DNA of 64,000 nucleotides from PVC group bacterium (GTDB lineage Bacteria; Omnitrophota; Gorgyraeia; B26-G9): NCBI GenBank assembly GCA_024231215.1, contig JAAEQR010000202.1, positions 302 to 64,301 of the forward strand, read 5' to 3'. Shown piece by piece: positions 1 to 9,463 of this stretch (position 1 is its first letter; each line of letters starts with the position of its first letter). The notes under the pieces were generated by a model. It saw only the letters and a program-made list of their open reading frames with translations, ran no database searches and was not told where the DNA came from. The position numbers and the translations under genes were made by a program.

Positions 1-422
1 ATTATAATACCATGTATTTTCAGCGACTTAAATCCGGCATTGATAACATTTATAGATAACGGGCCTTAACTTACAAAATAACCTTGATAAATTATAACTT
101 GTGTGTTAAAATAGCCTTGTAATTCTGAATAAAACTTGTTGTTTGCTTTAGGAAATTTGCCACACACCGATATAATATATATAATGAGATCAAAATTGTC
201 ACTACTGAGGTATTAATATGAATATTAATGGTACTGATTTAACCGAAGACCAGAAGAATGTTTTAACCTATGGCTTAGATGTTTTTCGGCACTGGTTAAA
301 TGACCAAGGATATAACGAAAAAAGTGAGAAGACAATAGAGATTATAGAAGAACTTGAAGTAATAATTGGTTAGAATAAGTAATAATAAGTAAGTATTTTC
401 ACCCTATCGTCTCAAACTGCAT

Positions 423-917
423 ATGCCTGCCCATAAACTAAAGAAAAAACAAAGACATATAGTCCTACAATGCCTTGCTGAAGGTAAGACAACGGCAGTA
501 GTCAACGAATTGCTTGGTGATCTATTCGGCCTGACATTGGATAAGTCTACTGTTAGCTGGTACCGTAACAGGTATAAGGACGAGATAAAGGATCTGGCGA
601 AGGCATGGGACGCTAACTGGCAAGACGAGCCTTTAGCAAAAACACGTCATAGGCTACAGAATTTAGCAGAAATTGATAAAACAGCAAAGGCTAACGATGA
701 TCTTACAACTCGTGTCGCAGTACAGAAGGCCGCCAAAGACGAAGTTAAGGGCACTGTAGACCCCCGTGACGGCTCTCAGACTAACATTTTAGTCGTATCT
801 GACGCCGACAAGGCACTGATACACCGGCTTGCCGATAAGATAGTAGACGCCAAGTTCGCCGAGGCTAGGGGACCGGACGAGGTCAAGGTATTGCCGGACG
901 AGGATAAAACTGGTTAA
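423..917 (+). CDS. HTH DNA-binding protein; terminase-small-subunit-like or regulator, uncertain
   Basis: 164-aa ORF with an N-terminal helix-turn-helix-like segment (KQRHIVLQCLAEGKTTAVVNELLG) and a charged C-terminus. It lies 8.5 kb from the large terminase, so the TerS role is doubtful. Confidence 0.3.
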   Translation: MPAHKLKKKQRHIVLQCLAEGKTTAVVNELLGDLFGLTLDKSTVSWYRNRYKDEIKDLAKAWDANWQDEPLAKTRHRLQNLAEIDKTAKANDDLTTRVAVQKAAKDEVKGTVDPRDGSQTNILVVSDADKALIHRLADKIVDAKFAEARGPDEVKVLPDEDKTG

Positions 918-1408
918 CTTATACCTTAAAGTTAACAAGATTTTATACGGGGTTATATGATATGGATACATGGATTTTAATATTGTGTTGTGGATAATAT
1001 CAACCACTTAGAGACGAGGGTGGGTATATAGCTACCCATTATGGGCCGTAACTATGCGAATCACCTTTGATGGGCTATATCAATATTACCTGCATGTGCG
1101 CGTTCGGTGGTGCACGTGTCATGTTTCAGGCCTGAACGAGATATATGCACGTATCGCAATGGTAAACTTTGCCAATCTTTGCAAAGAAACTGTAGCTAAT
1201 AGGTAAATATACGAAGGTCTGAAACTGTGACTGAGGACTTGATACATGGACAAGCGACAATGGGAAATGGGGGATTGCTATGGATGGGGGTAGGGGATAT
1301 ATAACAGTCCATTTATTAATTTGTACAGATGCCCTGTGTGCGTAAGAGTCCCACGACAGAGGGGGTATACCATAATATTATATAATTTATAACAAAAGGA
1401 CATTTATT

Positions 1409-1666
1409 ATGCCAAGGACTAAGAAGAAGAAGTTTGATCCAGAGGGTAGGGGCTATGACTATGATAGTGCACATAAAGCCGGGATGGGGCGTGGAAAGGA
1501 TGGTCATTATGAAAGCCGTGTAGACAGTACTGGTTTGCTATTAAAGGGCCGGAAACACACGACTTGGGATAAGTTGGTTGAGGGCGAGGCAAAGGCTGGT
1601 TACGAGATATATAAAAAGAATGGTCGTTATTACTCACGCAAAAAACAAGGTCTAGCCGGTAAATAG
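1409..1666 (+). CDS. small basic hypothetical protein
   Basis: 85-aa ORF, K/R/G-rich. The GGGGGTATAC motif lies 40 nt upstream. Confidence 0.3.
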   Translation: MPRTKKKKFDPEGRGYDYDSAHKAGMGRGKDGHYESRVDSTGLLLKGRKHTTWDKLVEGEAKAGYEIYKKNGRYYSRKKQGLAGK

Positions 1667-2072
1667 ATGCCCTGTCTATGTATAGCCACAAAGGTACTAT
1701 ATAATCAAAGGGGTATAGTATAAAAAAATACATTATAATTTTATTCATTTTATTATTAAGTACCAAGTGCTTCGCTATTGGTTATGACACCTGTGTTAAC
1801 TACACGCTAAGCGAATGTGCTTATTTTCTAGATGGCAAACTACGGCTGGCTGAAAAACAATTAAATATAGATTATCCATATAATGCTATATATGGGACTG
1901 AGGCAGAATTTATAAACAGGATTATAGTTGTTCGTAAATTGGTTGGTCACAATGATGATTGGTATGTGCCAAGACTGCACAGAATGGCAGAAAAGTGGTT
2001 TAAATTAAGCAGAGAGATTTTGCGTTTAAATATATTGTTAAATCATGATATGTAATATGGGTGTCACGATAA

Positions 2073-2357
2073 GTGGGGTATAACACGAAAAGAACATTAT
2101 TTACACCAGCAAAATGCCCAACATGCGGAGACAGCATGAGTCATTCCGGCACTGGTTCTACTATGGTTGGTTACTGCAGCCCACCGGGGCACGACCATGA
2201 CGATAATTGTTTAAGTCGCACATATCGTTGTGAAAATGGCCACGAGCATCGTTATTCACTTCGCAGACGTTGTAATGTTGAGGGTTGCGGCTGGGTTGGT
2301 AAAGACGAGTGTTTTTGTCATGATGGTAAAAAGGTTGATAAATGGCCGGATGAATAA
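2073..2357 (+). CDS. Cys/His-rich zinc-finger-like small protein
   Basis: 94-aa ORF with many CxxC, HxH and CxxxxxH pairs. The GTG start is embedded in the GTGGGGTATAAC motif, giving an MGY N-terminus. Confidence 0.35.
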   Translation: MGYNTKRTLFTPAKCPTCGDSMSHSGTGSTMVGYCSPPGHDHDDNCLSRTYRCENGHEHRYSLRRRCNVEGCGWVGKDECFCHDGKKVDKWPDE

Positions 2358-2389
2358 GCATCCTTATACCAAAGGGGTATAGCAAAGAA

Positions 2390-2563
2390 ATGACATTATT
2401 GGGTGGATATATTAGTTGTTTTGTGTTACCGGAAAGTGGGTTGCGAATAAAACGTTGTTGGTGTTGTGGTGAACAGATTCTTTTAATGAGTCATGTGTGG
2501 GATAAGACATGGGGTGGCGTATGCCGGTTTGACGGTCTGGTATTAGATTCTTTTGATGAATAG
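2390..2563 (+). CDS. small hypothetical protein (57 aa), Cys-rich
   Basis: ORF not in the track (<60 aa). Its ATG is 7 nt after the AAAGGGGTATAGC motif and it ends exactly at the next motif copy. Confidence 0.2.
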   Translation: MTLLGGYISCFVLPESGLRIKRCWCCGEQILLMSHVWDKTWGGVCRFDGLVLDSFDE

Positions 2564-2826
2564 TGGGGTATAGCGTGGAACATCCATTTATTATTTTTGT
2601 TGGTGACAGATATTATGCAAGGCCGGGATGGTGTGGATATTTAGATTCTGCAAAAACACTGGCAGATGCTATTGTTATTGCCAAGAAGGATGTCGAATTA
2701 GAGGATACCATGTACCGTTGGTGGCAAGTTGTAGATATAAGAACAAGAAGAATTGTAGCTGGCGAGGGGTCGAGTCATACCGGGTTGTATGGCGAATGTG
2801 ATACTAAGTGGAATAAAGATAGTTAA
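2563..2826 (+). CDS. hypothetical protein
   Basis: 87-aa ORF. The GTG start lies inside GTGGGGTATAGCGTG, giving an MGY N-terminus. Confidence 0.35.
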   Translation: MGYSVEHPFIIFVGDRYYARPGWCGYLDSAKTLADAIVIAKKDVELEDTMYRWWQVVDIRTRRIVAGEGSSHTGLYGECDTKWNKDS

Positions 2827-2830
2827 TTCA

Positions 2831-3013
2831 ATGGGGTATAACGTGAAAAAAGACGAATTAAATATATATTACAAAGCAAGTTGGGGTGATTTTGTAAATA
2901 CCGTGCTTGATTTAGCATTAGAAAGAGTATTGCGAAAATTTGGTTATTACCGCTTTGGTTCTGGTATAAGTAAAGATGGCACAAGAAATTTGGAGTTTTA
3001 TAGAAAAGCATGA
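2831..3013 (+). CDS. hypothetical protein (start moved to the internal ATG inside the ATGGGGTATAAC motif)
   Basis: The track ORF is 2789..3013. The in-frame ATG at 2831 reproduces the MGYN N-terminus seen in the two upstream paralogous starts. Confidence 0.3.
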   Translation: MGYNVKKDELNIYYKASWGDFVNTVLDLALERVLRKFGYYRFGSGISKDGTRNLEFYRKA

Positions 3014-3184
3014 AAAACGAAGACGAAATCAGACAAATAGTCAAGGATGAGATTGAAAGGTATTTTTGGGGGTTAGATATATACCAGAAATTTAATAACA
3101 TTATATATGAACGAACGGGTTATTTCACAAGTGAGCAGTTTTTAGATGATGTAGTAGATCGCATTAAAAGGAAGCAGATATAGC

Positions 3185-3382
3185 GTGGCAAGCAACATTG
3201 AGAAAATAGCACGAATGGTAGAAAACCCTAATTGGCTTGAGGATGCCTTCCAGAATATGACTGCCGAGGATATACATGCATATGAGAATTTTAGCATTAA
3301 TCGTGATGCAGCCAATCGTGCAATTGATAAGTTCTTTAATGCCAGAAATCCATTATATGATTTATTGGTAAAAAAAAGATAG
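3185..3382 (+). CDS. hypothetical protein
   Basis: 65-aa ORF. The GTG start follows the GATATAGC motif. Confidence 0.3.
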   Translation: MASNIEKIARMVENPNWLEDAFQNMTAEDIHAYENFSINRDAANRAIDKFFNARNPLYDLLVKKR

Positions 3383-3402
3383 TTAAATTAGTTGGATATA
3401 GC

Positions 3403-3585
3403 ATGAACGCAGACATAATAACCATAGCAAAGCAGAACATTGAAATACGCAAGACGAATCTGGCAGAATTAAAGGTGGATATTGGATTGGCGATGGAGGC
3501 CAAAGTCGCTATGGATAAACACGCATTATGGCTTGAAGGTGAAAAGCAGAATTTGCCTTATTTACAAGAATACGAGAATGAATGA
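3403..3585 (+). CDS. hypothetical protein
   Basis: 60-aa ORF. The ATG follows GGATATAGC. Confidence 0.3.
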   Translation: MNADIITIAKQNIEIRKTNLAELKVDIGLAMEAKVAMDKHALWLEGEKQNLPYLQEYENE

Positions 3586-3773
3586 CAAAATTTAACGAAT
3601 ACATATGCCAAATTAACGATTGCGGCAAAAGTGCTGTAGAGACAATTGCCGTTGTGGGTCGCAGTGGCATTATTATGGTAGACGTATGCGAATTTCACCT
3701 TGAGCAGCAATTGAGACAGTCGTGCAGAACAAAGGCTGATTTATATGGCAGTCCCAGCATAACGTGGCATTGA
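3582..3773 (+). CDS. Cys-containing small hypothetical protein
   Basis: 63-aa ORF that overlaps the previous stop (ATGA). Confidence 0.3.
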   Translation: MTKFNEYICQINDCGKSAVETIAVVGRSGIIMVDVCEFHLEQQLRQSCRTKADLYGSPSITWH

Positions 3774-3777
3774 AACG

Positions 3778-3791
3778 CTCATTATAATGAG
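3778..3791. promoter_or_regulatory. 14-bp palindrome CTCATTATAATGAG (copy 1)
   Basis: Exact match. It contains TATAAT and sits in the intergenic region before the 3962 gene. Confidence 0.5.
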
Positions 3792-3961
3792 CAAACCGTT
3801 TCACGTGAAACATGGGTAAAATTATGGATTCAAAGAAGGCAGAATATATATTTAACATTATCATAAAGTGTGTTGGCGGTGCAATTTGTTTATGCATCAT
3901 CGGTTTTTGTTTTATGTTTCTTTGGTTTGGAATCCGAGCGTTTTTTTAGTGAGGTGAAACC

Positions 3962-4255
3962 ATGAACCCAATGCGACTATTTTTAATTATTTTATTAACC
4001 ACAGGCTTATTGCTAATGGCTATTGGCGCGGTGCGGCCACAGGACGAATACTATCCAAAATATACCTATGATGAGTTTGGTTATCGATCAAGAATTAATA
4101 TAATGGTCAACGTAACTCCTACCATTTGGCCGCCTGATGTTACAAAAAGACCAAACGTTAGTATACAAAAATTTAAAATTTTTTATAACGACAACATGAC
4201 CGTAGAATTCGGCCTACGTGCCGATGGTCTAGTAGAATGGAAAGAGGTGAAATGA
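3962..4255 (+). CDS. membrane or secreted hypothetical protein
   Basis: 97-aa ORF with an N-terminal hydrophobic segment (LFLIILLTTGLLLMAIGAV). A GAGGTGA ribosome-binding site precedes it. Confidence 0.4.
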   Translation: MNPMRLFLIILLTTGLLLMAIGAVRPQDEYYPKYTYDEFGYRSRINIMVNVTPTIWPPDVTKRPNVSIQKFKIFYNDNMTVEFGLRADGLVEWKEVK

Positions 4256-4401
4256 ATTTTTTAAATGATATGTGGGGATTTTTATCAACCAGAAAGAAAT
4301 TTTGGTTACTCCCAATAATATTAACAATGTTATTGTTTGGTGGTTTAATGGTAACAATAAGTGGTACTGCCATTGCACCATTTATTTATACTATATTTTA
4401 A
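4252..4401 (+). CDS. DUF5989-like small membrane protein
   Basis: 49-aa ORF, MNFLNDMWGFLSTRKKFWLLPIILTMLLFGGLMVTISGTAIAPFIYTIF. The pattern (W.F...RKKFWLLPII...L.GGL......aiAPFIYTlF) matches the DUF5989 family. This is from memory. Confidence 0.45.
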   Translation: MNFLNDMWGFLSTRKKFWLLPIILTMLLFGGLMVTISGTAIAPFIYTIF

Positions 4402-4409
4402 GAAATTAA

Positions 4410-5474
4410 ATGACTAATAAAGCAAAAAACAGTTTTTTGGTAATTATTACAATATTAATATTATTTTTGGTTGGCGAACTGTCTTTGAGAATATACCATA
4501 CTATAAAGTGGGATGCTCCATTCTTGGTAAAATGGGGTGCTCCCGAATGTATGTATTTACCAATAAAACTTAGTTATGAGCTTGGATGGGAGTCGAGGCC
4601 GAATTATACTTTTAGTGGGGTGAAAAAAAGTTCTGACGGGTCTATCTATAATGTTGATATTAATTTTGATTCAAATGGATTTAGAGCATTTGGTGATGTA
4701 CATTCAAATAAAATCAAAGTATTAGTAATTGGTGATTCTGGAACACAGGCAATTGAGGTGTCAGATAATGAAACATATTATTCTTTGCTCGGTAAACTCT
4801 TGAATGTAGAAATTTTTGCATATGGGTGTGGTGCTTTTGGGACATTGCAAGAGTATATGATATTAGACAAATATATTGATATTATTAAACCAGATATATT
4901 ATTATGGCAATACTGTCAAAACGATTTTTCTGATAATTCGGTTGAATTTGAAAAAAAATCAAAATATCGTCAGGGGAGATTAAGACCATATTGGGTGGAT
5001 GGCGAAATAAAATATCAGATTCCAGTAGATAATTTTTTATGGTTAAGAATATTTGCTACTAGAAATTCGCGGTTATTATACATTCTTTTTTATAGACTAA
5101 ATAATTTTTTAGTTCCTAATGCGTCATCGTTTATTGAAGATGCTATACAACAACGTGGATTTTCAAATAAAATTTTTGGTAAGTCTATTATAATAACAGA
5201 CGAGATTATGGCTGGGGTTAAAAAACGTATGGGTGGTATACAAATAGTTTCTTTTTCTGCAAATGCTGAATGGCCATATTTGGAGGCATTTGGTAAAATA
5301 TCAAAAAATAATAACATCCATTTTATAAACAATGTTGGTAAATCAATTATAGATGCTAAAGAGACTGGTGCAATTGTGAGGAGTATTGATAATATGCATT
5401 GGAATAACTTAGGTCACAAAATTGTTGCTGATTGTATTGTTATGTATTTTAGAAAAAATTTTGGTTTTAAATAG
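4410..5474 (+). CDS. SGNH/GDSL-family hydrolase (esterase/lipase-like) with N-terminal membrane anchor
   Basis: 354 aa with an N-terminal transmembrane segment. VLVIGDSGTQ matches the GDS(x) block I of SGNH hydrolases, and DxxH-like residues lie near the C-terminus (DNMHWNNLGH). Confidence 0.5.
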   Translation: MTNKAKNSFLVIITILILFLVGELSLRIYHTIKWDAPFLVKWGAPECMYLPIKLSYELGWESRPNYTFSGVKKSSDGSIYNVDINFDSNGFRAFGDVHSNKIKVLVIGDSGTQAIEVSDNETYYSLLGKLLNVEIFAYGCGAFGTLQEYMILDKYIDIIKPDILLWQYCQNDFSDNSVEFEKKSKYRQGRLRPYWVDGEIKYQIPVDNFLWLRIFATRNSRLLYILFYRLNNFLVPNASSFIEDAIQQRGFSNKIFGKSIIITDEIMAGVKKRMGGIQIVSFSANAEWPYLEAFGKISKNNNIHFINNVGKSIIDAKETGAIVRSIDNMHWNNLGHKIVADCIVMYFRKNFGFK

Positions 5475-5490
5475 AATGGAAAGAGGTGAA

Positions 5491-5625
5491 ATGAATAAAA
5501 TATTTGTTTCTACATGTCTGATTATTATAATAATAATTTCGGTTATAATAATTAGTCCTTTTGCAATACTGTGTTTTTTCTTATGTGGTGATGAAAGAAT
5601 GGACAAAGAAAACCAAAATATTTAA
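5491..5625 (+). CDS. small hydrophobic peptide (44 aa)
   Basis: It is preceded by an exact duplicate of the 25-nt TAGAATGGAAAGAGGTGAAATGAAT start context found at 4233-4257. The peptide is entirely transmembrane-like. Confidence 0.3.
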   Translation: MNKIFVSTCLIIIIIISVIIISPFAILCFFLCGDERMDKENQNI

Positions 5626-5813
5626 TATGGCGTGAGGTGAGATGAAAAAAGGGTGTATACCAAAATGAAGGTAATTTTTATAGATAAATGTGGAGAGACT
5701 TGTCCGTATTTTGGTGCATTATGGCTAAAAGAATATTGTTTAAAATTGAAGAGATCTGTTAAAGTAGACTATTTGGATGCAGAATGCCCATTAAATGATT
5801 TAAAGGAGGACTA

Positions 5814-6062
5814 ATGAATTTGGATGAATGGAAGAAGAGAAAATTTAGAATTGGCGAGAAGCCGACTTGCCAAAATATTTTACCCACACTACAAATTGGT
5901 GAGTATTCGTTCAGCAAAGACGGGGATAATTTACGTATTTTAGATAATAAATCACGTGTTGTAGTGGTAAACATTATTCAATTTAATAATTTAATCAATG
6001 ATTTTTTTAATAATAATTTCAAGAGTGGCTTTAATGAAACGCTGGAAAAATATGGGTTTTGA
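5814..6062 (+). CDS. hypothetical protein
   Basis: 82-aa ORF with a GGAGGA ribosome-binding site upstream. Confidence 0.3.
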   Translation: MNLDEWKKRKFRIGEKPTCQNILPTLQIGEYSFSKDGDNLRILDNKSRVVVVNIIQFNNLINDFFNNNFKSGFNETLEKYGF

Positions 6063-6361
6063 ATATTGAAAAAAATAGTTATTTTGTCTACTAACACACT
6101 ACACCACAATTTCTTAGTCAATAGTTTAATTAATAATAGTATTGAACTAGAATACTGTATTTTTGAACTTAATAGCATTAAACCAAAATTTAAAACAGCA
6201 TTGTTTGAAAATGGGGTGAGGTGCAATGATCGACTTCCTTATTAGTTTAATTAAAAAAATAATGTCTGTGCATATAGTCTCTATTATTTGTGAAATTATT
6301 TTGGTGTTTCTTTTTTGGATTACAATTCCATTTTGGATGATTCCTTTTATTTTGTTAGGGA

Positions 6362-6640
6362 GTGATATTGATGTGGATCGATATAAAAAAAAAGATGCCT
6401 CCAGTAAATCAACATATTGTTGGTTTTAATACATTATATCATAGTGTATATATTTTAAAAAATGTTGAGTACACTGATAAAGGATATAGAAAAGCTACGA
6501 TGTTGCGTTATGTAAATTCAGATATGGAAGCAAAAGACATTTCGCATTGGACACAATTGCCGATAAATACCTACGAGTCTATTAGATGGTCTTTTTATAA
6601 AAAGCTACGCAATTTAATATTTAGTTACGGGCAATCATGA
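6362..6640 (+). CDS. hypothetical protein
   Basis: 92-aa ORF. Confidence 0.3.
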   Translation: MILMWIDIKKKMPPVNQHIVGFNTLYHSVYILKNVEYTDKGYRKATMLRYVNSDMEAKDISHWTQLPINTYESIRWSFYKKLRNLIFSYGQS

Positions 6641-6870
6641 AAAAACGACCACAAAAATGGGGTGACGATAAGGAAAAACTTTTCGCCACACTATGGCCAA
6701 AATACGTAAGTGGTAAACTTACAAGACCAGATATTGAGGGTGTGTTTGGCATTGGTTTAGATGATCTTAGAAATCGGGCATATAAACGAAAACTGGCAAC
6801 ATCACAAATGGACAATTACATAAATTCAGATCTTCTGAAAAAGATTAGAAAGGCTGGGTTTGATGTATGA
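6637..6870 (+). CDS. hypothetical protein
   Basis: 77-aa ORF with stop/start overlap (ATGA) to its neighbours. Confidence 0.35.
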   Translation: MKKRPQKWGDDKEKLFATLWPKYVSGKLTRPDIEGVFGIGLDDLRNRAYKRKLATSQMDNYINSDLLKKIRKAGFDV

Positions 6871-7730
6871 ACAAGATGCGAATAGCAAAGGGCGCAAAAA
6901 CACTAACGCTTAAAATAAAACGAAGCATTGGGTTTTTGGCGGATATGCATGTTGGGTCTTCTGTGGCAATATGGCCCAAAGAATTTAAAAGGCCGAACGA
7001 AAGTTCATTGTGTGCTTCTCGTGGTCAGCGCACATTGTTAGAATATTGGGATGATGCCAAGATGCAGTTTAAGGATTACGGTGTAGATACGGTTATTATC
7101 CCTGGAGATATAACGGAGGGTAAAAACACAAAGGGCGGCGGGCGTGGTTTGATAGCAAATCAGTTATACGAACAGCAGGATGCCGCCGTTGAACTTTTGA
7201 CAGACATTATACCGTCGGATGCCGATGCATACATATATTCTGGAACTCAATATCACGAATCCGACGATATGTTAATCGCAGAAACAATTGCTGATAAATT
7301 GGTTAAAAATAAGGTGATTGCCAAGTTTGCCGGGACGCTAACAAACAATCTTTTTGGTGGTACAAGAGTTAGGGCAAATATTTATCATGGGACTGGCGGT
7401 TCGCCACTGTACCGGGCTACCAAGATGGATAAAGAACAGATGTTTATTCAGTTGGCAGAACATAATTGGGATAAACTTGAGGAGCCAACCGATATTATTA
7501 TAAGAGCACATAACCATTTTTATGGGTATCTCAGTCTTAAAAAACATTCATTACAATTGCCTTGTTGGAAAGCATTTGAATTAACATATACAACAACACT
7601 CGGAAATTACGGCAGGTTTCAGCCCGACATTGGTGCTGTTATCATGCTAATTGACGAGGATGATAATATATGGATAAAGCGATTTGATTACAAATTGCCA
7701 CATATTGTGGATAAATTTGAGACAATATAG
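6867..7730 (+). CDS. calcineurin-like metallophosphoesterase
   Basis: 287 aa with the motifs GFLADMHVGS (D-x-H), IIPGDITEG (GD), RAHNHF (GNH-like) and GTGG. These are typical of the metallophosphatase fold. Confidence 0.5.
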   Translation: MNKMRIAKGAKTLTLKIKRSIGFLADMHVGSSVAIWPKEFKRPNESSLCASRGQRTLLEYWDDAKMQFKDYGVDTVIIPGDITEGKNTKGGGRGLIANQLYEQQDAAVELLTDIIPSDADAYIYSGTQYHESDDMLIAETIADKLVKNKVIAKFAGTLTNNLFGGTRVRANIYHGTGGSPLYRATKMDKEQMFIQLAEHNWDKLEEPTDIIIRAHNHFYGYLSLKKHSLQLPCWKAFELTYTTTLGNYGRFQPDIGAVIMLIDEDDNIWIKRFDYKLPHIVDKFETI

Positions 7731-7733
7731 GGG

Positions 7734-7925
7734 TTGATTATGAGAGCCGACAAAGCCGTAGCGTGTATTAATTGTGAATGGTGTGTTAACAAAGATCATG
7801 GCCCGTGGCTTTGTAAATCAGATAAAACAAATATTACCAATTTATTAACAGGTGAAAAAAGGTGTGATTTAATACGTGGAAAAAGTGGTTATTGCAAGGG
7901 GTATTCTCCCAAAAAAGGTTTATAA
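7734..7925 (+). CDS. Cys-rich small protein
   Basis: 63 aa with CxxCxWC....C cysteines. Confidence 0.3.
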   Translation: MIMRADKAVACINCEWCVNKDHGPWLCKSDKTNITNLLTGEKRCDLIRGKSGYCKGYSPKKGL

Positions 7926-7992
7926 GTTATTATGTTGCGAGAAGTTATTTTTCATAATGGGTAAACAGTAAATTTATATATTAGCGTGTAAT

Positions 7993-8400
7993 ATGAAACA
8001 AAACAAAACCACACAAAAGCATTTTAAAGAATTTGAAAAGGAGTGTTTGTATTGGATGGATTTTTTGGGTATGGGTGGATGGGAAAAACATTTTGTGCAT
8101 ATGGCGGAAGATGTTGAAAAGTTTTTATCTGCATGTGCTCCAATGAGTGAGGATAGAATTGCAAGTTTTATTCTGAATAAAAATTGGGGTGACGAAAAAA
8201 CAACTTTATTTAATTTGCGCAGAAAGGCTTTTCACGAGGTTGCAGAATTGATGCTTTCACCACTGGAGATTCTTGTAAAAAAAAGAGATGTCGATCAAGC
8301 TCGCACAGAAACGCACAAAATTGTACGAATATTAGAAGACAAATTATTTGATAGTACATACGAACAACGATTTGGCAAAGGTACATTGGGTAAAATTTGA
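7993..8400 (+). CDS. hypothetical protein
   Basis: 135-aa ORF. Confidence 0.35.
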   Translation: MKQNKTTQKHFKEFEKECLYWMDFLGMGGWEKHFVHMAEDVEKFLSACAPMSEDRIASFILNKNWGDEKTTLFNLRRKAFHEVAELMLSPLEILVKKRDVDQARTETHKIVRILEDKLFDSTYEQRFGKGTLGKI

Positions 8401-8401
8401 A

Positions 8402-8644
8402 ATGGCAGAAAAAATCATAACATCATTACCGGACGAACACGTAGCACGTATGTCTGAACCAAGGAAATGTGGTATGTGTGGCAGAGAATGTGGGGATCTG
8501 TGGGATTACAGCAGCCATGTTGTATTAAATCCGCTAAGTTCAAGGCTTTCTATAAACATGAGTAAAATAAAGGAAATTTGTCAAAAATGTTCGCATGAAA
8601 TAGCTGTATTTATAGATCAAAGACAAAAAGAAAATGGATTATAG
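8402..8644 (+). CDS. Cys-rich small protein (start at internal Met)
   Basis: The track ORF is 8348..8644. Starting at MAEKIITS avoids overlap with the previous gene. It carries CGMCGRECG and CQKCSHE zinc-ribbon-like pairs. Confidence 0.3.
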   Translation: MAEKIITSLPDEHVARMSEPRKCGMCGRECGDLWDYSSHVVLNPLSSRLSINMSKIKEICQKCSHEIAVFIDQRQKENGL

Positions 8645-8670
8645 ATTTTATTGGGAGGTGAATTAATTCA

Positions 8671-8979
8671 ATGGGAAACCAAACTATTGAAGATTTAATG
8701 GAACTTGAAAAGAGATTTGGTGATAATGGCTGGAATAAATATCCCGGCGATACAGTGTGCTGCGGGCATGGTGATTATGAACCAGTTGACATGGCACTAT
8801 ATAACGAATGGAAAAAAAGACGTGATGCATATTATGAAAAATGGATGATTGATTTAAAAAAAAGGGCTGCCGATGGGGATTTGGCTGCTGTTAGTGGATT
8901 GGTTGCTCACGATAGGTTAACAAAAGACTTCAAAAAAATGTGCACTACCAGATTTGCTAAACCTGATAATCACAAATAA
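8671..8979 (+). CDS. hypothetical protein
   Basis: 102 aa with a GGAGGTGA ribosome-binding site upstream. Confidence 0.35.
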   Translation: MGNQTIEDLMELEKRFGDNGWNKYPGDTVCCGHGDYEPVDMALYNEWKKRRDAYYEKWMIDLKKRAADGDLAAVSGLVAHDRLTKDFKKMCTTRFAKPDNHK

Positions 8980-9055
8980 TGAACCACAAATTCTTCATTA
9001 TTGGTATTATCGTACTTATTATTGCTTTTGCAATTTTAGAATTAATTAGTTATAT

Positions 9056-9463
9056 ATGGAGACAATGCAAATGAAGGAATTATTTAATAGGGTAGAAGTA
9101 ACAAAAATACTTGGGATTAAGGAGTGGCTTTACAACACAACCGTTGAGAGGGGTTTGGTAAAGCCCTATGTGAAAATGCGTGGTGGGGAGGGTGTTAAAT
9201 TTAGTTACGGGAATTTGGTGAAACTTGGTATGATATTAAAAATGAAGGAGCTTGGGTTGCCGTGGGGAATTATTAAGCATGCATTATATACAAAGGAGTG
9301 TAAACTTATACGTAGGGATAAAAAGTGGGATACAATATATGAATTTGGTGATGCGGTATTAAAGTGCAGGTTTAATTTCCGCATATTTATTGATGGCATG
9401 AATAAAAAAATAGAGGATACGTGTAAGAATTCTACCGGCTTTAGGGTAAAGAAAGACGAATGA
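9056..9463 (+). CDS. candidate small terminase subunit / HTH DNA-binding protein
   Basis: 135 aa with an N-terminal MerR/excisionase-like HTH (VEVTKILGIKEWLYNTTVERG). It sits immediately upstream of the large terminase with ATGA overlap. Confidence 0.35.
   Translation: METMQMKELFNRVEVTKILGIKEWLYNTTVERGLVKPYVKMRGGEGVKFSYGNLVKLGMILKMKELGLPWGIIKHALYTKECKLIRRDKKWDTIYEFGDAVLKCRFNFRIFIDGMNKKIEDTCKNSTGFRVKKDE

Noticed and set aside
423-917. Confident small-terminase call for the first ORF
   Set aside because: An HTH is present, but the gene is 8.5 kb from the large terminase. A second HTH protein (9056..9463) directly abuts the large terminase, so the assignment is left open.
6867-7730. Mre11/SbcD recombination nuclease
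   Set aside because: No SbcC/Rad50-like partner is adjacent and the protein lacks the C-terminal capping domain. A generic calcineurin-like phosphoesterase, possibly a protein phosphatase, is the safer call.
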